Source: a virus (lineage: Duplodnaviria; Caudoviricetes). From it: a DNA stretch of 64,000 nucleotides. The position numbers and the translations under genes were made by a program. The stretch spans positions 21,270-85,269 of IMG/VR virus record IMGVR_UViG_3300025936_000002. One strand, 5' to 3'. A model generated the notes under the pieces. That model saw only the letters and a program-made list of their open reading frames with translations. It was not told the DNA's origin and did no database searches. Positions 27,523 to 36,222 of this stretch are shown piece by piece. The stretch's first letter is position 1. The number at the start of each line of letters is the position of its first letter.

Positions 27523-27834
27523 TTATCTCCTCGTTCGACGCAGCGGTCTAATCTGCCAGCCAGACAAACGACGATTAGCCGCCGCGAAGTCGGCAATGTC
27601 GGAGCGCGCAAACGAAATTGCAGCATGCGCCGCATCGCGCATAGCGCGCGGATCGTCAACAGCAAGACGACGGCCATGGACGCTACGAGATCCTGCCGCC
27701 GGCGGCTTCACCGAAACCGTTTCACAGCGTTCGCCTTTGACGGTTGGGCACATCTTGACTCGATATTGATCTGTTCGATCGTTGAAGCTAACTTCGAGCT
27801 TCAAGCTACCACTCTTGAATCGCTGCTTTGCCAT
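27523..27834 (-). CDS. basic hypothetical protein
   Basis: ATG overlaps the TAA of the upstream gene (TAATG). Confidence 0.65.
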   Translation of the reverse strand: MAKQRFKSGSLKLEVSFNDRTDQYRVKMCPTVKGERCETVSVKPPAAGSRSVHGRRLAVDDPRAMRDAAHAAISFARSDIADFAAANRRLSGWQIRPLRRTRR

Positions 27835-28253
27835 TACGCAACCCTCCGCTTGCCGAAGCCTTGGGCGACGCCGATGACCGGCGTGATCACCGGGAAGGTC
27901 AAACCCATTAAGGCCCACCAGAGGGCCCAACCGATGGACTGATTGCGCCTGTAGCCGTGGTAGGCGCTCGCCGCCATGCTCGCAGTCGACAGGATCCCCC
28001 AAACCAGCCCCCAATTCACCTTGGAGCTCGCATCGAGCCACGTGAGCGCCCCCGCGACAGCCTTGCTATCCACCCCACGAGCGATCAGCGCTCGGGCTGC
28101 ATCGGTACGGGGCCCGCCGGAGGCGTAGAGCTTTAGGAACTCAGCCACCTGCGTAGACGACGGATTCGGCGACTTGAGGAGGAATCCATCGATCTCGTTG
28201 TCGAGGCCGAGCAGCTGGATCGGCGGACCTAGCAGTTGGACGGGGGCTGGCAT
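27834..28253 (-). CDS. membrane protein (two C-terminal TM segments)
   Basis: WGLVWGILSTASMAASAYHGYRR..WALWWALMG; TGGTAGGCT at 28265..28273. Confidence 0.75.
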   Translation of the reverse strand: MPAPVQLLGPPIQLLGLDNEIDGFLLKSPNPSSTQVAEFLKLYASGGPRTDAARALIARGVDSKAVAGALTWLDASSKVNWGLVWGILSTASMAASAYHGYRRNQSIGWALWWALMGLTFPVITPVIGVAQGFGKRRVA

Positions 28254-28327
28254 GGTTGCTTCCGAGCCTACCACCGTTTGGCCTCAGGTCGGTAACCGTC
28301 ATGCTACCTCGGTAGCCTCGACGTCCG

Positions 28328-28570
28328 ATGAATGGATGCTGCATGGCGAACTCTGACAGCACAACGCACGACTTGACTTGCTACTGGTACTGGCCGTGCG
28401 GTTGTCGCAAAGAGCGCGATTCAAACGAACACGCCGTAGCCCATACGCATACGTACCGAGAACCGCCGCAGAATGATCGGCCGATCGATCCATCTCAAGA
28501 TAATCGGCCGATCGATCTGCCCCCAGTCTACAGGCTGCTTAACTTCAAACCATATCGGAGACACAGATGA
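28328..28570 (+). CDS. hypothetical protein with a 9-aa internal duplication
   Basis: QNDRPIDPS/QDNRPIDLP. Confidence 0.4.
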   Translation: MNGCCMANSDSTTHDLTCYWYWPCGCRKERDSNEHAVAHTHTYREPPQNDRPIDPSQDNRPIDLPPVYRLLNFKPYRRHR

Positions 28571-28734
28571 CCCTCGAAGAAGCCAAGCCAAGTTACAGCG
28601 GCGACTCATGGTTACTCAGACGCCACCGCTCGATCCGGCTCTCGTCGATACGATCGCTGCCCTTTTAGTCGACGTCGACGACGAGGCCTACACCAAAGGC
28701 CATACAGACGGCGTCGCCGATTGCTCGTGACCGA

Positions 28735-29454
28735 CTACGCGTCGAAGTCGATGAACTTGGCGTAAGTCGGCTCGCGGCCGAAGTGATCGTTGCCGGGGAG
28801 AGTCGTGTCCAGGGCGACGAATTTGTCTCCGCCACCCTTCGGTAGAAGGGCCCCAGGGAAGATATGCTCCCAGTCCTCGGCGCCCTTGGTCTGGACTACA
28901 CGAAGCCGCGGTGTAATGCCGTTTTCCGCGAGCATCGTTGCCGCCAAAATGTTGTGATCGTCGCAATCGCCGCCACCGAACTCCAACGTTCGATGGGCAG
29001 CTTGGAAGAGGTCAACCCCCTCTACTTTCCCATCGTGCCAACGGATTGGTGCAATATCGCCTGTATAGCGAACGCGAGCCTTGATGAAGTCGTAGATTGC
29101 TTTGGCTTCACACATCCCGTCTCGCTCTGGGCAATGGGCGGTTGCCTGCAACGAGATCTTTCGCATCCGTCCATCTTTGATGGATTCACGGACGCGCTCT
29201 TGGATCGAAGCTACGCGGACCTCGATCGGCATGTTGTCCATCTCACGAAGTGTTGTAGTATACCCACCGGCTGTACGCTGATCGACGATCGGCGCCTCTT
29301 GAGCCTTACCTAGGAACCGCCGACCTTTTCGCCCCCATCCAAGGCCGGAGATCGGGGTTGGAGCCCCCTGACGGCTGTAGGCAATCCCCCCGAGGATGAG
29401 GAGACCCAGCCCCGTAAGACCTGAGATCCAAGCGAGCGTGGTTGGCTTCTTCAC
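28735..29454 (-). CDS. membrane-anchored transglutaminase-like cysteine enzyme (candidate maturation protease)
   Basis: N-terminal TM; GDCDD, WEHIF, ALDTT give a Cys-His-Asp triad; TGCTAGCAT 10 nt before GTG 29454. Confidence 0.85.
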   Translation of the reverse strand: MKKPTTLAWISGLTGLGLLILGGIAYSRQGAPTPISGLGWGRKGRRFLGKAQEAPIVDQRTAGGYTTTLREMDNMPIEVRVASIQERVRESIKDGRMRKISLQATAHCPERDGMCEAKAIYDFIKARVRYTGDIAPIRWHDGKVEGVDLFQAAHRTLEFGGGDCDDHNILAATMLAENGITPRLRVVQTKGAEDWEHIFPGALLPKGGGDKFVALDTTLPGNDHFGREPTYAKFIDFDA

Positions 29455-29508
29455 GGTGCCTTGGATGCTAGCACGGCTTTGGCAAACCATCGAGTTAGGC
29501 TGCTTTCA

Positions 29509-29778
29509 ATGGTCCGCATTCCATCTACATGCATCAATAACGTCGTAACTAAGACCGCAGCAGTGCGTGACGGCCTGCGCCGTTTCGGCGATTTTCCTGG
29601 GATGGATGAGCTGTATCGACGTGGCGCATTCCGCCACATCGAAGACGTGGCCTACGCACGTATTGCCTTAGAGAAATTCAAGTCGACTGTCGATAAAATA
29701 GCTCGAGAACTAGATGAGTCATACGTAACTGATATTCCATTCGGCCATCGCTGCGATCGCATCTATCCGCCCACCTGA
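29509..29778 (+). CDS. hypothetical protein
   Basis: 89 aa; TAGGCT 7 nt upstream. Confidence 0.55.
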   Translation: MVRIPSTCINNVVTKTAAVRDGLRRFGDFPGMDELYRRGAFRHIEDVAYARIALEKFKSTVDKIARELDESYVTDIPFGHRCDRIYPPT

Positions 29779-29793
29779 ACATCGGAACCAGAA

Positions 29794-30126
29794 ATGCCCT
29801 TCCTCCAACCGCCACACATCCCAGCCTACGTGATTGATCTAGTTGTGGTGCGCATCTACGTAGGCACAAGGGATGCTGTTGAGGTCTTACCGAAGGAAGG
29901 ATTGGAGGCTGCGCAACGACTCCAAGCTGAGGCTTGGTGCCGAGCAATCGTAAATCTACTTGCTGCAGAACTCTCGTTGCGGATTGCGTCTGCGACTAGC
30001 GTCGTTCGCGTTTTGTCTGGAAGCGGCGAAGGGTCGGAGCTACGGTTGTTGCCGGCGGCTCAGACTGGTTTAGTCGCCTTGATGGACGAGGAGCCTTGGC
30101 GCCGTCTACCAAGACGCGACGGATGA
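29794..30126 (+). CDS. hypothetical protein
   Basis: 110-aa ORF. Confidence 0.55.
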   Translation: MPFLQPPHIPAYVIDLVVVRIYVGTRDAVEVLPKEGLEAAQRLQAEAWCRAIVNLLAAELSLRIASATSVVRVLSGSGEGSELRLLPAAQTGLVALMDEEPWRRLPRRDG

Positions 30127-30151
30127 CATCCGATCGAGCTAGGCTTTGGCT

Positions 30152-30379
30152 ATGTCCTTAGGCCTATCGTTTCCGCCGTTGTATCTCTGCCCTGACTGCG
30201 AAGGTAACGGAGTGATCATGTACGCAGGCAAGGTCGTCCTCAAGGTCTGCTCGGTCTGCGAGGATCGACGCCGTACCGCCCGAACCGGCTTTGATCGAGC
30301 AACGACTGGCGCCGATCGACACCGATCACTCAAGGCTCTAATCGTAGAAAGGTGGCTTCGTGGCCTCGGCAAGACCTAA
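30152..30379 (+). CDS. small Zn-finger protein
   Basis: CPDCEGNG..CSVC; TAGGCT 6 nt upstream. Confidence 0.55.
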   Translation: MSLGLSFPPLYLCPDCEGNGVIMYAGKVVLKVCSVCEDRRRTARTGFDRATTGADRHRSLKALIVERWLRGLGKT

Positions 30380-30412
30380 ACCGAGGGCCTACCCGTGATA
30401 GGCTAGCCACCT

Positions 30413-31909
30413 ATGCACGTGTTTCGAGCGCGAGGTCTGCACGGTCAGGGGCTATGCGGCCTCGGCGACTATCCAGCTAGCAACGGATTCTGTTGGGTCC
30501 CCGCTAGCGGGGACATCCCGGGCCACTGGGAGCGGCCATGGGCTGGTAGCAACCCAACGACGCCGTGCAAGTATCCGCCACCTGATAGCGGTGGAGCGAT
30601 CGTACGTGATCATACGAGCGGCGGGGGCGGAGGTGGCGTAACGGTGACCGAGAGCCCCAGCATCTTGGACGTCGCCAAAGGCACCATTGTCAACTTGGCG
30701 ATGGTGAACCGCCTCTTCAACGCGACGCTCAAGCAATACACAGAGCGTGAGGCGCTAGCGGTCAAGGCGCTCATGGTTACGGGGGAGGGGTTGCCCGCAT
30801 GCCCACCCGAGAGCCAACAAACCATCGACGGCAAACCAACTTGTTACGGGTTCACGCCGCGTACAGCAGCTGCAGCACTGCCTGGAGGGTTTGAAGTCCT
30901 CGGCGTCCCGTTCAACGTGTCTGAAATCGGCATTACCAAGAAGCCGCAATTCGAGCGCGTATTCACGCCAAACAATGAACAGCGGATCATGATCGAATCG
31001 ATGATCATTCGTCGATCTGATGATCTACTACTTGCTGCCCTCGGAGATGCGTTGGATCGTGCAGTCGCTGCGAGCAGTGGGGGCGTCATGACCCCCAATG
31101 ATCGAGATCGAGCGATTGCCAAGCTGTCGGCGGCGCAGGCATTCGCGTTGCTGCCCGATTGGCAAACGGTGATCCCAGGAATGGCACTGCGTTCGGATCC
31201 GCCGCGAAGCTATGAGCTAGATGTCGAAGGTGGATTCAGTAAATGGCACGATCGGGGCGGATTTCTGATCTCACGCGCTATCGCTACCGGTCAATACTTC
31301 ATCAACGTCCCTCAACCGGATCAAGCGCGCCAGGCGGGAACCATCTCGCCACGGGTGTGCACGTCAATTCTGTGCGCCTGCAGTCCAACCGGTACACCAT
31401 CGTGCATTGCCGATTGGATCCCATCATCAGATGGGGGGCGCGTTCGACTTTGGGTCCATGTTGCAATCGATCCTAACGGATCGATGAAGATGACTCTGAA
31501 GCATGATGATCCTAGTTGGCTAGAGAAGGCTGGTGGAAAAATCCATGCCTTCGTGGATGTCTTGAACAAAGCAATATGCACAGCGGCCCCAGCCATCAAA
31601 ACGCAAACAACTTCGGTCATCGCCGACAAGTACGTCGACGCCAACGGCAAGGCGTGTACTAAAGGCGCGACGGGCTGCAACCTTGTTCAGGCCTCAGCCG
31701 CGGCAACGGGGGGCGTTGGCCTCCTGAATTTTGCGGTAGGAACGTACTGCAGCGTCATTGCGAGCAACCAACAAAACCCTAAGGAGCCGGTGCCCCCAAC
31801 CCCGACTCCGGCCCCCATCACCACAACTCCACCGTGGTTGCATTATCTGCCCTGGGTGATTGGCGGCCTGGCACTCGGTGCCGGAGCGGTAGTTATCACG
31901 CGTCGCTAG
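30413..31909 (+). CDS. large Cys-rich tail-anchored protein (putative spike/envelope protein)
   Basis: 498 aa, many Cys, LCGLG near the N-terminus, Pro/Thr stalk, C-terminal TM plus RR; TGATAGGCT 8 nt upstream. Confidence 0.85.
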   Translation: MHVFRARGLHGQGLCGLGDYPASNGFCWVPASGDIPGHWERPWAGSNPTTPCKYPPPDSGGAIVRDHTSGGGGGGVTVTESPSILDVAKGTIVNLAMVNRLFNATLKQYTEREALAVKALMVTGEGLPACPPESQQTIDGKPTCYGFTPRTAAAALPGGFEVLGVPFNVSEIGITKKPQFERVFTPNNEQRIMIESMIIRRSDDLLLAALGDALDRAVAASSGGVMTPNDRDRAIAKLSAAQAFALLPDWQTVIPGMALRSDPPRSYELDVEGGFSKWHDRGGFLISRAIATGQYFINVPQPDQARQAGTISPRVCTSILCACSPTGTPSCIADWIPSSDGGRVRLWVHVAIDPNGSMKMTLKHDDPSWLEKAGGKIHAFVDVLNKAICTAAPAIKTQTTSVIADKYVDANGKACTKGATGCNLVQASAAATGGVGLLNFAVGTYCSVIASNQQNPKEPVPPTPTPAPITTTPPWLHYLPWVIGGLALGAGAVVITRR

Positions 31910-32160
31910 TTGAGGATCGAAGCTCGATCGGGGAGGGGATACATCGCCCGCAGGTACACGGGCCGAGCGCCACCCCCACAACGGGCAACAACATCTCGTG
32001 GCGCTTATGGATGATCTGATCTGTATCCATTTGTTGCAGAATTTCGAGCGATCGCTGAAGTAGGTGGTTGACGGTCATTGCCCTGCGATCGTAGCAGGCT
32101 GCCCTGTCGCGCGAAAATCGCGGCTGAGGGGAACCCGTGGTAGCGTCAGGACCAAGTCCT

Positions 32161-32622
32161 ATGATCCATCGCGGCGGAACCCTCCTAGGAACCAACGAGA
32201 TTGAGAACCTCCAGCGAGCCTTGAGCAATCTCGCCGTGGCCACACAGCGCCCGGCGATCAACGCCAAGGTTACCGGCGTCATGGATGATCAGACCATGAC
32301 GGCCTTGAGCGCTGGGCTTGGCCTGCTTACCGAGCAGTTACCGAAGTGGCTCTACCTTGGCCTGCAGGGTGTTCTGATCCTAGGTGTTACGAGCTCGCAG
32401 GCGAAAAAGTACGCCGGCGAGTACGCAGCGCAGCTCACGCTCGCGGCGAACACCGCCGCGGTCAAGTTCAAAACGACACCTCCAGTAATCGCGCCTGCAT
32501 CTCAACCTCAAATCGTCGGATTCTTTGCGCCGGGTTGGTACAAGACGCCGATCGGATTGGGCTTGATTGCTCTGGCGTTATTCGTCGGATACAAGATCTT
32601 CATCGCCCCCAAGGCAGCCTAA
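32161..32622 (+). CDS. tail-anchored protein with a peptidoglycan-binding-like motif
   Basis: LQRALSNL...AKVTGVMDDQT; C-terminal TM; resembles 13914..14417. Confidence 0.7.
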   Translation: MIHRGGTLLGTNEIENLQRALSNLAVATQRPAINAKVTGVMDDQTMTALSAGLGLLTEQLPKWLYLGLQGVLILGVTSSQAKKYAGEYAAQLTLAANTAAVKFKTTPPVIAPASQPQIVGFFAPGWYKTPIGLGLIALALFVGYKIFIAPKAA

Positions 32623-32631
32623 GGAACAAAC

Positions 32632-32925
32632 ATGAAGCGCATCACGTTGGGCGCCCTCGGCGCGTATCCTCAAACGGACGGAAAATGTTGGATGCCGCCG
32701 GGGTCAATCTCCGCACCAAGTGGCGGTTGGGTTGCAATCAATGATCCACTTACACTATGTACCTACAAGGGTCCTGCTGCAGGCGTAGTATCAACGCCGG
32801 GAGCTACGACGCCGACCCTACCGAGCGTGATGCCATCTTGGTGGGATCGCATCCCGACTTGGCTCAAGCTCGTGGGCGGCGTGGCGGTGGCCTATCTTGG
32901 CTACACGTATTTCATCAAGAAGTAG
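32632..32925 (+). CDS. small tail-anchored membrane protein
   Basis: LGAYPQTDGKCWMP...C; WWDRIPTWLK plus TM plus KK. Confidence 0.75.
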   Translation: MKRITLGALGAYPQTDGKCWMPPGSISAPSGGWVAINDPLTLCTYKGPAAGVVSTPGATTPTLPSVMPSWWDRIPTWLKLVGGVAVAYLGYTYFIKK

Positions 32926-33300
32926 ATGAGTCTAGTCGACGATATCGTAGCGCTCGGGACGCAGGCGCCGGCCGTCGTCGGGGGCCTAGTACGCGTCGTC
33001 AAGGCCGTCGGTCCAGTCCTGCCGACGATCCAGTTGGTATTCGATGATCCGGCCTTCCCACGGGTCATCGCCCAGATCAAAGAACTTCACGAGATCGAGG
33101 CGGCCAAGGCGGGCCCATCGACCCCTGAGGCTCCAACACCCCCCGCAGCCAAGGCGGGGATCGGCCTCAATAAGGCCGTGCCGTTCCTGGATGCCGTTAT
33201 CTACGCACAGCGTAACCCGTGGGCGCCTTGGGTGGCTGGCGGCTTGGTTCTGCTCCTGATCGGCGGGGTTGGCTACAAGCTTGGCAGACGGCGGCGGTAG
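32926..33300 (+). CDS. tail-anchored membrane protein
   Basis: C-terminal TM plus GRRRR; ATG directly after the TAG of the previous gene. Confidence 0.75.
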   Translation: MSLVDDIVALGTQAPAVVGGLVRVVKAVGPVLPTIQLVFDDPAFPRVIAQIKELHEIEAAKAGPSTPEAPTPPAAKAGIGLNKAVPFLDAVIYAQRNPWAPWVAGGLVLLLIGGVGYKLGRRRR

Positions 33301-33311
33301 AGTGGCCCTCA

Positions 33312-33692
33312 ATGGGCTACTCAACTAAATACTCGATCGATCTTCTTGCCGCGCCGGGCTCGATCGATCTTCTTGCCGCGCCGGATCAAACCAAGGAGGC
33401 TTTCCGACGAGCCTTCGATACGCATAAATCCGAACGCGGTATGCGCTTCGCAAATCTTGGATCCGGCGATGGATTCAAGTGGTATGAACATGAGCTACAC
33501 ATCGTCGACGCCATGCGCGAATCCGGCGTGACTGCTGTTGATCTCCACGGCGAAGGTGAGGTGCAAGGTGATGTCTGGGACAAGCAGTTCAGGCTCAAGG
33601 GCGACAAGATCATCGTCCTCAAGTACGCATACAACCTGACGCGGGATGATCAACCAACGAGCGAAACCACCTACGCCGCGGGGTCGCAATGA
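33312..33692 (+). CDS. phage-type hypothetical protein
   Basis: MGYST...KWYEHE...LHGEGE..DVW. Confidence 0.65.
   Translation: MGYSTKYSIDLLAAPGSIDLLAAPDQTKEAFRRAFDTHKSERGMRFANLGSGDGFKWYEHELHIVDAMRESGVTAVDLHGEGEVQGDVWDKQFRLKGDKIIVLKYAYNLTRDDQPTSETTYAAGSQ
33332..33384 (+). repeat. in-frame tandem duplication (26 bp identical, period 27)
   Basis: ctcgatcgatcttcttgccgcgccgg x2 (SIDLLAAPG/SIDLLAAPD). Confidence 0.95.
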
Positions 33693-33880
33693 TCGATAAA
33701 GACCTTGTGCTGGCAATCGCCCGTAAAGCGTTTGATGCAGGTGGCGATCCAACAGAGCCAAAATTTGATCTTTGGTGGGCCAAACAGATCGAAATTGCTG
33801 GGCTCTGGATGGACTTCTGCCCGAAGGTTGAGCCAAGCGCTGAGGCTGGTGGTGGGCTGACTAACGTCGCCACCGACTAA
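33689..33880 (+). CDS. hypothetical protein
   Basis: 63 aa; ATGA overlap. Confidence 0.5.
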   Translation: MIDKDLVLAIARKAFDAGGDPTEPKFDLWWAKQIEIAGLWMDFCPKVEPSAEAGGGLTNVATD

Positions 33881-33883
33881 TCG

Positions 33884-34207
33884 ATGGATCTCGCCGCGAT
33901 GTTCGTGTCTCAGCGAAAGCTGAGAGCGCCCGCGCAGCTACACCGGCTTGTTGAGAGCATACAGCGCTATGATCCCATTCCGCCTGTGCTCCTCAGCGAG
34001 GACGACGATGGCTCGGTGCAGATCGAGGACGGCCACCACCGCGTCACGGCGTACTGGCTTGCGGGACGTCACACACTCTGGCCGGATGAGTACACCCTCA
34101 CGGCGCGGAGGGGAGTCCCGGCCGCGGTTCGGCCACATCTGCGATCTGATCGCACGCGTCCGCGCACTCGGTGCCGCCTTGCCGTAAGGCCCTCGGCTTT
34201 GTGGTAG
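33884..34207 (+). CDS. ParB/Srx-like N-terminal domain protein (possible frameshift near 34110)
   Basis: LVESIQRYDPIPPVLL...IEDGHHRVTAY. Confidence 0.7.
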   Translation: MDLAAMFVSQRKLRAPAQLHRLVESIQRYDPIPPVLLSEDDDGSVQIEDGHHRVTAYWLAGRHTLWPDEYTLTARRGVPAAVRPHLRSDRTRPRTRCRLAVRPSALW

Positions 34208-34210
34208 CCT
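34202..34210 (+). promoter_or_regulatory. extended -10 TGGTAGCCT
   Basis: 7 nt before ATG 34218. Confidence 0.65.
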
Positions 34211-34217
34211 CAAGGGC

Positions 34218-34460
34218 ATGACCGTCGGTGTTGCGCCTGGAACCACGACCATCCACCTTGGCTTGGGCGAACCCAACAAGCAGTTGGTGCTGCACAACCC
34301 ATGGGTGTCTGGTGACGTCGCCTTGGGGGCGATTCAGACCAAGGCCAAGATCCGATGGGACATCATCGGGGTCATCGGCGGAGGATCCCTGATCATAGCC
34401 CTTGCAGCCGGCCTTATCGCCAGCGCATTCGAGGCGGGCTCTGACAGACGGACGACGTAA
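34218..34460 (+). CDS. small membrane protein sharing the capsid-protein N-terminal motif TVGVAPGTTT
   Basis: 10/10 aa identity to aa 4-13 of 22052..22759; one TM near the C-terminus. Confidence 0.75.
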   Translation: MTVGVAPGTTTIHLGLGEPNKQLVLHNPWVSGDVALGAIQTKAKIRWDIIGVIGGGSLIIALAAGLIASAFEAGSDRRTT

Positions 34461-34470
34461 ACTTGGAGCC

Positions 34471-34839
34471 ATGAATGAGCACAGAGTCAAGGTCGATGGT
34501 GGAAAGTACGAATTCGTAGAAGGCTATGTGATATCCGTGCTCAGGCACGGCAAGCCTTACGTCGATGACCTCGCAGCACCCAACGCGATAGCAGCGATGA
34601 TGGCTGAATTGGACGCCGCGCGGCTAGTCCTCGAACGGGTTAGCGACTTTGTGGTAGTCGAGACGCTCAATGGACGAGGAGGGGGCTTGGCACCGCTGCG
34701 CCAAGTCCTCGCTCGGCATGAGGCGCTTGTCGGCCAACCTATGAAGCCGAGCCCTTGGGCTCGGCCGGAGTGCCTATGCGCAGGTGGCGATAGCGGCTGC
34801 CACGAGCCGGATTGTGATCGTCAAGGGGGCAAGAAATGA
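34471..34839 (+). CDS. hypothetical protein
   Basis: 122 aa; SD GGAG. Confidence 0.6.
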   Translation: MNEHRVKVDGGKYEFVEGYVISVLRHGKPYVDDLAAPNAIAAMMAELDAARLVLERVSDFVVVETLNGRGGGLAPLRQVLARHEALVGQPMKPSPWARPECLCAGGDSGCHEPDCDRQGGKK

Positions 34840-35540
34840 GTGATCAGAGGGCAGCGCCTGATTGCGCTGTGCCGACTCAGCTCGACAAGCCAGGGGCGGC
34901 AGACGTGCCGTTCCCGGTCACCGTGCTGGCGACGTCGGACCTGTCTGCACCCGAGACCGAGCACCCCTGCTGTCGTGGCGTCGGCGGGCACGAGACATGG
35001 TGCGACATGCCGACGTCGCTCAAGGTCGCCACCCCCTCGCTCGACCCACCCAAGATCACGCCCGAGCTTGCCGCCCAGCTGGCCGACGAGGGCGCGCGGG
35101 CCAGCAACGAGTACCTGCGCCGGACGCGTCTGATGCTCGGGCCGCCGCAAAGCTTGGCTGAACTGCAGGCTAGGATCGCCCTCGAGCGAAAGGTTGAGAT
35201 CGCCGCCCACGATGCTGAAGTGGCGCAGCTCCGGGATGCGTTGGACAAGGTCCATGCGTTGCTCCGCGAAGCTGACAGCCGCGCCGTCGAGTGGGCACGC
35301 TTGATCAGCTTGCTAGGTCAGCAGGCCAAAGAACTGGTCATGTATCTTGGCGGCGCTACGTGCGGTAGCGCGACTGGCGACCTCCAGGAATCGGTGCACC
35401 TCGTAGGTGACCTAAAGCGCGCGCTGGCGAAGATGGATCGAAGCCGCGATTACTGGGCTGGCAAGGTGGTAGCGCTGCAGGCGCGTCTGCCGCACAAGGC
35501 GAAGAAACCAGCGCGCAAGGCAAGGCGTGCAAGGAGCTAA
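34836..35540 (+). CDS. coiled-coil hypothetical protein
   Basis: 234 aa; heptad-rich C-terminal half, basic tail. Confidence 0.65.
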   Translation: MSDQRAAPDCAVPTQLDKPGAADVPFPVTVLATSDLSAPETEHPCCRGVGGHETWCDMPTSLKVATPSLDPPKITPELAAQLADEGARASNEYLRRTRLMLGPPQSLAELQARIALERKVEIAAHDAEVAQLRDALDKVHALLREADSRAVEWARLISLLGQQAKELVMYLGGATCGSATGDLQESVHLVGDLKRALAKMDRSRDYWAGKVVALQARLPHKAKKPARKARRARS

Positions 35541-35683
35541 AAGATGCCATGGTGTACCACCTGCAATTTGGCCAAATCGGCTGCACCTGGTTTCAACTTG
35601 GTTGCCGTTGCGCACGTCGATCTATCGGGGCGAAAGCCGAGCGGCGGGCTGTGGTCGGGGTCGAGATACTACGCTCACAAACG

Positions 35684-35942
35684 ATGCACCTGATGAGGAC
35701 CACCGTTCGGAACGGGCGCATCGTCGTTGGCGAACCCACCCACCAGGTTGCCCGAGGGGTACGAGTTCGAACTCTGCGTCCTGAACGACGACGGCATGAG
35801 CGAGGAGGAGCACCAGCGCCTGCATGCATCGATCGCACGCGGCATCCGTGATGGGCGCGCCGGGCGTGAGGTGGACCTCGACAGCTTCGTGGAGCAACTC
35901 GACGTAGAACCCGTGAAGGTTGTCATGACCGAGGAGGCCTAG
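35684..35942 (+). pseudogene. frameshifted antitoxin-like gene
   Basis: VRNGRIVVGEP / TRLPEGYEFEL..MSEEEHQRLHASIARG..RAGREVD, split by a 4-nt duplication (cccacccacc). Confidence 0.65.
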
Positions 35943-36222
35943 CGCCAGGCGCGCGCCGAACGCAAGCGGTGGCGCAAACCGGACGCCAAAGCAGCTCTTC
36001 ACGCAAGAGCTGCGGTCAGCGCGGCACATCTCGCGCGCGGACCGCAGCACGAGATCACGGTCCCTTCGACGGTCAGCCCGTGCGGCGGCCATTTGCTCGA
36101 GAAGACGCGCTGCCACCTCTACTGCCGTCATGTCGAAGTAAGAGAAATTCGTTCGGATCTTCGCTGTCTCGGGCGCGATGAGACGGGGCCCCTGGTCGAT
36201 CGAGCCGCTGAGCCGCGTGTAA
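35913..36222 (+). pseudogene. degraded RelE/ParE-family toxin
   Basis: VKVVMTEEA*RQARAERKRWR / QLFTQELRSAR / FDGQPVRR / LLEKTRCHLY / VRIFAV; in-frame TAG plus several frameshifts. Confidence 0.65.

Noticed and set aside
35940-35942. In-frame TAG in the toxin gene as a sign of TAG-to-Gln recoding
   Set aside because: Many genes end cleanly at TAG followed at once by the next start (9212, 9658, 13914, 32925), and the toxin has other lesions.
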